NCBI GenBank assembly: GCA_964514975.1
Contig: CAZESS010000001.1
Location: 126,297-172,268 of the forward strand
DNA from: an uncultured Thermoplasmatales archaeon
GTDB taxonomy: Archaea; Thermoplasmatota; E2; UBA202; DSCA01
DNA: 45,972 nucleotides
Direction of reading: 5' to 3'
How positions within the stretch are numbered: position 1 is the stretch's first letter; each line of letters starts with the position of its first letter. The notes under the pieces are model-generated. The model was not told the DNA's origin. It was given only the letters and a program-made list of their open reading frames with translations, and did no database searches. Shown piece after piece: positions 18,686 to 26,926 of the stretch. A program made the translations under genes and the position numbers.

Positions 18686-19894
18686 CTACTGCAGCCTTTC
18701 ATATGGCAGCTCTCGCTCCCGGAGCGCCCGCTCAACCTGGCTGATCTGCTCGGTGCCAAGGGTCTGAAATGTGACAATTATCTTTACATGCCCGATGGGC
18801 ACCGAGGTCGTCATCCGGTCATGGGAGATGGACTGCACGTTGACGTTGAGCTCGGCAAGCGCATCAAGCATCCTGCCGAGCATGTGTGGCCTGTCTGGAA
18901 CGGTGACTGCGAACCGGGACAGCAGGTCATGCTGCATCATCCCCCGCTCGACGGCCTGGGTGAGCAGCAGCAGGTTGATGTTGCCGCCAGATAATAACGC
19001 AACGACGTTTTTGCCGGGAAATGAGACGGTGCCGCAGAGCACCGCGGCCAGCCCCGCCGCCCCTGCGGGCTCGACGACGAGCTTGGCGCGCTGCAGGAGC
19101 ATGTACAGCGTCCTGGCGATTTCCTCGTCGGTGACCGTTATCATGTCGTCGACGTATCGCCTGACATGCTCGAACGTCAGCATGCCGGGATGTTTCACGG
19201 CGATGCCGTCGGCGATGGTAGACATGCTGGTCAATGGGGTTGGCTCCCCCTGCTGGAGCGACCGGAGCATGGCCTGTGCGCCCTCCGCCTCCACGCCGAT
19301 AACCGTCACGTCGGGCTGCAGGTGTTTCAGGGCGACCGCGACGCCGGAGATGAGCCCTCCGCCGCCGACGGGGACGAGCACGACGTCGATGTCGTCCAGC
19401 GCCTGATATATCTCGATGCCGATGGTGCCCTGGCCGGCGATGACGTCGGGGTCGTTGAACGCCGGCACAAACGTCAGCCCGTCACGTTCGGCGTGCTGCG
19501 CCGCTGCCCTGTGTGCGTCATCGTAGGTTTCCCCCTCGAGTACCACCTCGGCGCCATATGAGCGGGTGGCGATGATCTTGGTCGGCGGCGCATACCGGGG
19601 CATGTAGACGGTGCTTGAGACGTCGAGCAATGTTGCGGCATGGGCGACGCCCTGGGCATGGTTGCCAGCCGACGCGCAGATGACACCCCGCCGTTTTTGC
19701 CTGTCATCCAGCCGATGTATCTTGTTGTAGGCGCCCCGGAGCTTGAACGAGCCCGTGGTCTGCAGGTTTTCCAGCTTGAGGTAGAGGTCGGCCTCGGTCA
19801 TCTCGGAGAATGTCTTGGAGCGCTCCAGCGGCGTCTGTTTCACGACGGGCCGGAGCACCTCGTATGCAGCCGCTATGTCGGCATAGTCAACCAT
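18686..19894 (-). CDS. ilvA: Threonine ammonia-lyase with C-terminal ACT domain
   Basis: LKLENLQTTGSFKLRGA, SAGNHAQG, VGGGGLISG, TIADGIAV, EPAGA, SGGN; GGAGG RBS before ATG 19894. Confidence 0.94.
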   Translation of the reverse strand: MVDYADIAAAYEVLRPVVKQTPLERSKTFSEMTEADLYLKLENLQTTGSFKLRGAYNKIHRLDDRQKRRGVICASAGNHAQGVAHAATLLDVSSTVYMPRYAPPTKIIATRSYGAEVVLEGETYDDAHRAAAQHAERDGLTFVPAFNDPDVIAGQGTIGIEIYQALDDIDVVLVPVGGGGLISGVAVALKHLQPDVTVIGVEAEGAQAMLRSLQQGEPTPLTSMSTIADGIAVKHPGMLTFEHVRRYVDDMITVTDEEIARTLYMLLQRAKLVVEPAGAAGLAAVLCGTVSFPGKNVVALLSGGNINLLLLTQAVERGMMQHDLLSRFAVTVPDRPHMLGRMLDALAELNVNVQSISHDRMTTSVPIGHVKIIVTFQTLGTEQISQVERALRERELPYERLQ

Positions 19895-19978
19895 CGTCGT
19901 CCTCCACATGGATAAGCCGCCGTCGCCATATAACGGTTGCCATAAGGGTAAAACGTTTTATCCCCTGGCGCCATCAGG

Positions 19979-20935
19979 ATGTGCATGCGGAAATCCTGGC
20001 GCTATCTGCTTAACATATCGGTCAGCATCGCCCTTATAGCGCTCATCATCTATCTCACCGGCGTCGACCGTATCACCGGGCAGCTGGCCGGGCTCATGCT
20101 GCCCATTTTCGTCCTGGCCGTCATGCTGGAGCAGCTCGGCGTCGCGCTGAGCGCCAGGAAATGGCAGCTGTTGCTCGGAGCGAAGGATGAACATGTGCCC
20201 TTTTTGCAGGCATGGAAATACTACTACATCGGCACCTTTTTCAACGCGTTTCTGCCGACGTCGGTGGGCGGCGACGCGGTCAAGGCCCACGTGTTTTCGA
20301 GGCAGCTGTCCCGGCGGGAGGAGAGCTACGCCTCCGTTGTTATGGACCGGCTGACCGGCCTGGTCGCGGTGGTGGCCATCGGCTCGCCGGCGCTGCTCGT
20401 TGGCTGGCCGCTCATCGACCCGACGGCGCGGCTGCTCGCGCTGCCCATCCTGATATTGCCGCTGGTGTTGCTCGTTGTTTTGTTTTTCACCGACTGGGTC
20501 GACCGGCTGCTCCGCCTTCGCTTTTTGCAGCGTTTCGAGCGGGTGCAGTGCTTCGTCGGCGACGTTTACCGGGCGCTCCGCGCGTATCGCTCCCGCCGAA
20601 GGGTTCTGCTTCCCGTCATGGCTATCTCGCTGGGGTATCATCTGCTGCTCATCATGGTGAACGTGACGCTGGCATGGGCGCTCGGCCTTGACATAGCCAT
20701 CTCGTATTTTTTTGTGTTCATCCCGGTGGCCGAGATCCTGGTGTTTCTGCCGGTGACCGTGCAGGGGTTCGGCGTCCGGGAGGGCACCTATGTGACGCTG
20801 TTTTCCTCCATCGGCGTTGCAAACGCTGCAGCGTTTTCCCTCGGGTTTTCTAATCAGCTGGTGAAGCTCATCGGCAACCTCGTCGGCGGCCTGGTCTATC
20901 TGGGCCACAGCCTCCGGGCTACAGGGTCTCCCTGA
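19979..20935 (+). CDS. Lysylphosphatidylglycerol-synthase TM-domain (flippase-like) membrane protein
   Basis: IGTFFN.FLP.SVGGD.VK, SVV.DR..GL, LPVT..G.GVREG. Confidence 0.88.
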   Translation: MCMRKSWRYLLNISVSIALIALIIYLTGVDRITGQLAGLMLPIFVLAVMLEQLGVALSARKWQLLLGAKDEHVPFLQAWKYYYIGTFFNAFLPTSVGGDAVKAHVFSRQLSRREESYASVVMDRLTGLVAVVAIGSPALLVGWPLIDPTARLLALPILILPLVLLVVLFFTDWVDRLLRLRFLQRFERVQCFVGDVYRALRAYRSRRRVLLPVMAISLGYHLLLIMVNVTLAWALGLDIAISYFFVFIPVAEILVFLPVTVQGFGVREGTYVTLFSSIGVANAAAFSLGFSNQLVKLIGNLVGGLVYLGHSLRATGSP

Positions 20936-21848
20936 CGCTGTACATTTTTGTGTCGGACAGCGTGTAGTATTCCCGTATCATGATCTCGGCGAGGAAGCCG
21001 AAAAATATGACCTGGAGGCCCATGATCATCAGCAGGATGCCCAGCAGGAGCAACGGTCGCTCGGAGAGCTCCTCCCCGTAGAGCAGTTTTAACAGCAGCA
21101 GGTAGAGGTTGACGAGGAAGCCGGCGCCGAAAAACAGGCTGCCGATGCCCCCGAAAAAATGCAGCGGCCTGGTGGAATAGTCGGCCCAGAACTTGAAGTT
21201 TACGAGGTCGAAAAAGCCGCGGAGCAACCGGTTGGCGTCATATTTGCTCCGGCCGTGCTCCCGTTCATGGTGGCGTATCTTTTTTTCGCCGACCCGGTAG
21301 CCCTTCCAGGCCACCACCGCCGGGATGTACCGGTGCATCTCTCCATACAGGAGCAGGTCGTCCAGCGCCTCCCGCCGGTATACCTTGAGCCCGCAGTTGA
21401 AATCGTGCAGGTCGAGCCCGGTCAGCCTGCGGGAGACGGCGTTGGAGATGCGGGACGGCAGCTTTTTGCTGAGCCATTTGTCCTTCCGGTCGTGCCGCCA
21501 GCCGCATACCACGTCATAGCGGTCGAGCATGTCCACCATCCCGGGGATGTCCCGCGGGTCGTTCTGCAGGTCGCCGTCCATGGTGATGACGATGTCGCCG
21601 GAGGCATGGGCAAAGCCGGCCATCACCGCCGGGGTCTTCCCGAAATTCCGGCGGAACGATACGCATCTGACGCGGCCATCCTCCTCGTGCAGGGAGCGTA
21701 TTTCCTCAAACGTGGTATCGGTGCTCCCGTCGTCAACGAACAGGATTTCGTAGTCTCCCAGGTCATCCATCACCTCCGCTATGGCCCGGTAGAGCGGCTG
21801 CACGTTGCGCGCCTCGTTGTAGACCGGGATGACCACGCTGTACCGCAT
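20919..21848 (-). CDS. GT2 glycosyltransferase (polyprenol-phosphate glycosyltransferase, ArnC/DPM-like) with two C-terminal TM helices
   Basis: SVVIPVYNE, VDDGSTD, RNFGK..A..AG, MDGDLQNDP, DFNCGLK, GEMHRYIP. Confidence 0.93.
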   Translation of the reverse strand: MRYSVVIPVYNEARNVQPLYRAIAEVMDDLGDYEILFVDDGSTDTTFEEIRSLHEEDGRVRCVSFRRNFGKTPAVMAGFAHASGDIVITMDGDLQNDPRDIPGMVDMLDRYDVVCGWRHDRKDKWLSKKLPSRISNAVSRRLTGLDLHDFNCGLKVYRREALDDLLLYGEMHRYIPAVVAWKGYRVGEKKIRHHEREHGRSKYDANRLLRGFFDLVNFKFWADYSTRPLHFFGGIGSLFFGAGFLVNLYLLLLKLLYGEELSERPLLLLGILLMIMGLQVIFFGFLAEIMIREYYTLSDTKMYSVRETL

Positions 21849-21888
21849 CACCGGGGAAAGGAGGCAAGGTACTTAAATATTTAGAGAT

Positions 21889-22770
21889 TTGCATGACATG
21901 GGCCCGTCTGCCCCTTTGCTCGACGAAATTGCATCGCTCTCCCATGACGAGGTGGCAGCCATTGTGCGGGACGCCCGCGCCGCCATGGAACCGGAGTCGG
22001 CGCTCCTCGAGCTCGACGGCGCGCTGATGCTGGCGGGCGACATCCACGGTGATTTTTACACCGCCGGGGCGGCTGTCCAGCGCTTCGTCGACCGCGGCTA
22101 TGACCATCTCGTGTTTCTGGGCGACTATGTCGACCGGGCGCCCGCCGATGTTGGCTCATCGGTGCCCGCCGTCACCTATCTCCTCGACGTGAAGCGGGAG
22201 ATGCCCCGTCGCGTCCACCTGCTGAAGGGCAACCATGAGAGCCATCATCTGCTGCCCGTCGCCCCCTACACGTTTGACCGGGAGGTCGAGGCCAGCTATC
22301 CCGGGTTGTATGGGGCATATGTCGAGGCGTTCCGGGAGATGCCGCTCATGGCGCTCGGCAGCGGCATTTTTGCGGCGCACGGCGGCATCTTCAAGGACCA
22401 TGACGGGGAGATGCTCTCCAGCGTCGGGAAAAACGACCCCGCCGCGGTGGAGGCGCTGACCTGGAGCGATCCTGTCGATGCAGCGACGTTGCGCGGCGCA
22501 GGCGACCCCTACACCGGGGAGGAGCTCCATGCCTTTTTGGACGGCATCGGCGCCGCGCTGTTTGTCAAGGGCCATGACTATCACACGCTGGGCATGGCAA
22601 TCTATGGCGGCAGATGCCTGACGCTGTTTACCTCCCGCCGGTATCGCACCAGCGGCAACAACGGTGTCCTCATCGCCGAAATCGACGGCACGGTGGAGAC
22701 CATCGACGACGTCAGGGTAAAAAACTATGTCGACGGCTCCTGGCGGGACTACGAGGTCGCTGTAAAATAA
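21889..22770 (+). CDS. PPP-family serine/threonine protein phosphatase (metallophosphoesterase)
   Basis: GDIHG, LGDYVDR, LKGNHE, HGG, WSDP, KGH, LTLFTS; ATG 21898 is an alternative start. Confidence 0.92.
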   Translation: MHDMGPSAPLLDEIASLSHDEVAAIVRDARAAMEPESALLELDGALMLAGDIHGDFYTAGAAVQRFVDRGYDHLVFLGDYVDRAPADVGSSVPAVTYLLDVKREMPRRVHLLKGNHESHHLLPVAPYTFDREVEASYPGLYGAYVEAFREMPLMALGSGIFAAHGGIFKDHDGEMLSSVGKNDPAAVEALTWSDPVDAATLRGAGDPYTGEELHAFLDGIGAALFVKGHDYHTLGMAIYGGRCLTLFTSRRYRTSGNNGVLIAEIDGTVETIDDVRVKNYVDGSWRDYEVAVK

Positions 22771-22855
22771 TGCGAGGGGCCGGATTTGAACCGACGAACC
22801 ACTGCTGGAACAGATCTTGAGTCTGTCGCCGTTGGCCTGGCTTGGCTACCCTCGC
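22771..22855 (-). tRNA. tRNA-Leu(CAA)
   Basis: Reverse complement GCGAGGGTAGCCAAGCCAGGCCAACGGCG-ACAGA-CTCAAGA-TCTGT, long variable arm, GTCGGTTCAAATCCGGC-CCCTCGCA. Confidence 0.96.
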
Positions 22856-22898
22856 AGACGGGGTGAAAAAAGCGCCGGGGTCTTTTAAGCGTTTCTCT

Positions 22899-23807
22899 CT
22901 AGATGCCGACCCGGGTGCGGAGCGCCTCGTATCCGGCCTGCTCGATGGCGTCGGCGACGTTCTTCTGCAGTTCCTCGCCCGGCGTCAACGCGACCATGAA
23001 CCCGCCGAGGCCGCCGCCGGTCATCTTCGCGCCGGGGGCGCCCTGCTCCCGGGCCAGGTCGACCAGCTCGTCGAGCTCCTCCGACGACACCTCTATCTGC
23101 TGCAATAGCTCATGGTTTTGGTTCATGTACCGGCCGACCGCCTGCCAGTCCGAGGCGAGCAGCGCCTCCCGGGCATCGTGCACGAGCTGGTCTGTCTGCT
23201 GGAAGATGCGCTCGTATTTCTCGGGCTGCTGTTCTTTGCGCTCGCGGACGCCCGCCACCGCTTTTTTGGTGTCGGCGACGATGCCGGTGTTGCCCATTAC
23301 GATGTTGACGGGCCGGTTGATGTCGAGGTGTTCCATGTCGCCGGACTGGAACCAGACCAGGCCGCCATGGGTTGCGACGGTGTTGTCCAGGCCGGACGGG
23401 GTGCCATGGTAGCCTCGCTCTCCTTCATAGGCGACGTGGTTGATGTCGTCGTCGCTGTAGCCCATGTCGTATTCGTCGTCGATGGCTCTCGCTATCGCGG
23501 CGCAGCTCGCCGCGCTCGCGCCGATGCCGGATGCCGCCTTCAGATCGCCGCCGAGCCATATCTCGAGCTCGCCGCTGACGTTCATGGCCTGGAAGATGTA
23601 GCGGAGGGAGTCCTGCTGCTGGTCTTTTTTGTTTTCCTTGTATCCCGGGGTTGCCATCCGCTCGTCGTGGAGCACCAGGCCCGGCGGGCTTTCCTTGACC
23701 CTGGCCGTGGTTGTCTTGTCGATGGCCGACGCGATGGCCGGCACGTCGTACACCACGAAGTGCTCGTTGAACAGGATAACCTTGCCGTAGCCGTAGCCTT
23801 CTCCCAT
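22899..23807 (-). CDS. mvk: Mevalonate kinase (GHMP family)
   Basis: GKVILFNEHFVVY, SGIGASAA, HGTPSGLDN, GAKMTGGGLGG. Confidence 0.93.
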   Translation of the reverse strand: MGEGYGYGKVILFNEHFVVYDVPAIASAIDKTTTARVKESPPGLVLHDERMATPGYKENKKDQQQDSLRYIFQAMNVSGELEIWLGGDLKAASGIGASAASCAAIARAIDDEYDMGYSDDDINHVAYEGERGYHGTPSGLDNTVATHGGLVWFQSGDMEHLDINRPVNIVMGNTGIVADTKKAVAGVRERKEQQPEKYERIFQQTDQLVHDAREALLASDWQAVGRYMNQNHELLQQIEVSSEELDELVDLAREQGAPGAKMTGGGLGGFMVALTPGEELQKNVADAIEQAGYEALRTRVGI

Positions 23808-23874
23808 GTCATCCGTATTTGCTCCTGCTATTAATCATTTTTGACCCATAGAAATTTAAACGCATCTGCCATAG

Positions 23875-24372
23875 ATGTCTATGAGCCAGGCGAAGCTGAT
23901 CAATGACATCACCGATCTGGTGTGGCTGATGCGAGCATTTGACTCCGATGTCAAACGAGCGGTGTTTGAAAAAGTATGCGAGGGCTGGACCATCATGGAG
24001 GAGGTCGAGGAGGAATGCGGCGAGGCGGGAAAAGACGCCATCCAGTTTTTCGAAAAAGTCAAGCTCGTGGAAACCCGGTGGGAGATGGACGAGGGCACGG
24101 CTAAAAAACAGTATCATGCGTTTTATTCATCGTTCCACATCAAGGTCATCTCGTCGGTCGACATGCTCCAGGACGTGTTCTCCATAGCGCTGATGGACGA
24201 GGAGACCTTCCGTGACATCGAGCAGCGCATCTATGACTTCGTCGACGACGGCGAGCTCGGCCGGGAGGCGGAGCGTGAGTTCGGTTTCAGCTCCATCCAG
24301 ATGAAATCCATCGTGAAACGGTCCTCGATTCTCGAGTACAAGGGCATGAACATCCACCGTCTCGACCAGTAA
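23875..24372 (+). CDS. Archaeal ArsR-like winged-helix regulator (conserved uncharacterised family)
   Basis: KLIND..DLV.L.RAFDS.VK..VF....GW.....EE..GE.G..A..FFEK.KLVETRW...K.YH..Y.SFHI ... VKRS..LEYKG. Confidence 0.75.
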   Translation: MSMSQAKLINDITDLVWLMRAFDSDVKRAVFEKVCEGWTIMEEVEEECGEAGKDAIQFFEKVKLVETRWEMDEGTAKKQYHAFYSSFHIKVISSVDMLQDVFSIALMDEETFRDIEQRIYDFVDDGELGREAEREFGFSSIQMKSIVKRSSILEYKGMNIHRLDQ

Positions 24373-24447
24373 CCGTATCCGTCGCCGTCGACCGATGGCC
24401 GGCCTTTTGCATCATGGCTCTATCGTTTGCCGCAGCGTCAGGTCTGG

Positions 24448-25514
24448 CTACCAGCCCCATTCCAGCGAGAGGGCCACGCCCTTTGCCATCGCCCTGAACG
24501 AGGGCGCCAGCAATGGATAGCGCAGTGCCGCAATCCTATCCCGGTGACCTAGCTCATACAGCGTTTTTCCGTTGATCAGCCGCCCCATCTTGTAGAGGTC
24601 GTCGACCTTGAGGCGGAGCAGCGTGTTTTTCGCCCGGATGATGCTCGGGTCGGCCATCGGATGCGCATGGACCGCCTGCTCGTATCTGGGTAGGTCGTCG
24701 ATGTATCGTGCGAGCAGCCCCGATGCATGGATGATGGGGGTCAGCCCGCCCCCGGACAGGGGGTTCGTCATCGAGGCGGCGTCGCCGATGAGCGCCCGGG
24801 TGCCGTCGACGATGCGCTCGGGTATCCCGCCGACGGGGATGACGCCGGCCATTTTTTCCTTCATTGCTCCGCCATCGAACTCGAGGTGTTCGAGCAGGCG
24901 GTCGAGCTGCCGGAACGTGCCAGATAGGCCGATGTTGACCACCTCGCCGCGGGGGAACAGCCAGCTGTAGTGCTCGCTGAAGCGCTTGTCGAAATAGAAG
25001 CGGAGATGGTCCATGTCCGTGGTGTCGTGAGGGATGCGGTACTGGACGCCGCAGATGAGCTCCTGGGAAATGCCCATCTGTTTTCTGAGCGGGGAAAACG
25101 GGCCGTCGGCGCCGATGACCACGCTGGCCTGCACATGTCCCCTGTTTGCAGCGTGACGCCGTCGTTGGTTGCCGTGGTGACCGTGGTGCCGATGTGGAGG
25201 ATGCCCCCTCGCCGTGTGAACGCCTCGGCGAGTCCTTCCAGCCAGTGCTGCCGGTGGAGCACGACCCCGGGGTTCGGGACGTCGAAGTGGCTGCCGCCCG
25301 GGAAGACCGCGTAGGCGCCGTCGACCGCGTGGGCGATGTATGGCGTGGAGTCGAATGGCAGCGTGGCGAGCGAGGCACTGTCGCATGCCTCGGCGCAGAC
25401 CGATGACGTTACCTGTGGCTGTTTTTCGCAGATGACGGGTGTTTCTCCGCGCTCGAGGAGCCGGAGGCCGGTGATGAGCCCCGCCGGTCCGCCGCCAACA
25501 ATGACCACGTCCAT
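24448..25514 (-). pseudogene. Geranylgeranyl-reductase-family flavoprotein interrupted by a 1-nt deletion near 25140 (pseudogene or sequencing error)
   Basis: N-half MDVVIVGGGPAG...CAE is in one frame; C-half VVIGADGPFS, YSWLFP, NIG, IGDAASMTNPLSGGG is in another; one extra G in ACAGGGGACAT restores ...QTGGHVQASVVIGADG. Confidence 0.85.
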
Positions 25515-25546
25515 GAAACATGCATATATGCCATGTGGTTTTTTAA

Positions 25547-25798
25547 TCATTGCGTTGCCGGGTGGCCTGCCGGCGCGACATGCGGACGGCGATTGTGGAT
25601 GTAGCGCTGTCCGAAGGCTGACTTGTAGACCGCCCGGGAGCTCAGGAGGTGGTAGTTGATGCCCAGCGACGCCTGGATGCCGACGGTGCGCATGTTTCGT
25701 GCCATCCGCTTCAGGAGGTTGCCCGGCGCATAGAAGGTTTCGATGAAGCGGGATACGCCGTCGTAGAGCTCGTGGGGTGTCATGTGTTTCGGCTGGAC
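25547..25798 (-). pseudogene. Orphan C-terminal fragment resembling the tail of B12-binding radical SAM proteins
   Basis: In-frame VQPKHMTPHELYDG...FYAPGNLLKR resembles the F.PK.MT.EEL..G......FYS...I..R tail; no SAM core upstream. Confidence 0.5.
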
Positions 25799-25976
25799 CG
25801 GCCTGCAGGAGCTCCCGGAGGACTACAACTGGTGGATCGTCCGCCGGAGCATTGCATGGATGGCCGGCCTATCCGGGGATGTGTTTTGCCCGGTCGAGGG
25901 CGGCAATGTTTATATTTATCAGAATACCCCACAGCTTGCTGTGGGGATGATATGCAAATCACCAGCAAACCAGTAA
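25782..25976 (+). pseudogene. Probable orphan C-terminal gene fragment (…LQELPEDYNWWIVRRSIAWMAGLSGDVFCP…)
   Basis: Backbone-like codon usage begins abruptly at about 25795 with no promoter or RBS. Confidence 0.35.
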
Positions 25977-26107
25977 GTGAATAAATGAAAGTTTTTTGGA
26001 AGGAGAAATCGCCGTCTTGAAAATCTGCGTAATGCCCCGGAGCTTGCTCCGTGGGATAGCAGATTTTAGGCGATTCTTTTTACTAACGCGCCTGTGTTGC
26101 CAGTGCG

Positions 26108-26654
26108 ATGAACGACGAGGGCCAGGACGTCGTATACAAGATTTTTCGATTGCTGCGGGAAAACGTCATCATCATCCTGACGGTCCTCCGCGAGCAGGAG
26201 GGCCTGCGCTGGAAGGAAGCTCCAGGACGAGACGGGCATCGCCACCGCCACCTTCAACCGGGCGCTCGCAGCGCTGCAGGAAATGCATTTCATCGAAAAA
26301 CCCGGGGGACGCTACCGTCTCACCTGGGCCGGCCGCCTGGTCGTCGACGCCTTCTTCCTGCTGGGCTGGCGGATGGCGGACACGCCGGAGAGCATCGAGG
26401 ACTACGTCGCCGAGACGGTGCTGGCCAAGGATATCGTCATGGTGACGCTGATGATCATCCTGGTGAGCCTTCGCCTCCGCGGCCGGATAAACATCGAGGA
26501 GCTCGAACAGGAGATCATGGAGGAAACAGCGGTCATCACCCGCATCCTCGACGAATACGAGCAGGACGGATACATCGAGCGCGAAAACGACGTCATCCGG
26601 GCGACCGATAGGCTCGACGATTTGGCGCCGCAGGAGCTGTTTTCGCTTGAATGA
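26108..26654 (+). pseudogene. Winged-helix transcriptional regulator interrupted by a +1 frameshift near 26218 (pseudogene or sequencing error)
   Basis: MNDEGQ...LRWKE continues in the next frame as LQDETGIATATFNRALAALQEMHFIEK..GRYRLT..G (wHTH); TGGAAGGAAGCTCCAG has one surplus base. Confidence 0.82.
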
Positions 26655-26926
26655 ACGGCAGTCCCGCCGATGACGCTGAACCGTAGACGGCGCTCCAGGG
26701 AAACGTACATCCACCTCGCCATTTGTTCACGGACATCCAGCGAGCATGCAGACACGCCGATGAATCCATGTGGCGGCAGCCCGCACCGTCATCGATATCA
26801 AAATATTATCAAAAACCCGTTATTCATATCTAGTGCACTACTAATAAACTATATTTATTAAAGTTATTGAATAGTTTAATATAGATATTATCAATTCATT
26901 CTATCAGCCATATAGGAGGCATAAAC

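Noticed and set aside
25125-26230. Programmed ribosomal frameshifting or phase variation at the two frameshifts
   Set aside because: No X-XXY-YYZ slippery heptamer or long homopolymer tract; mutation or sequencing error is more likely
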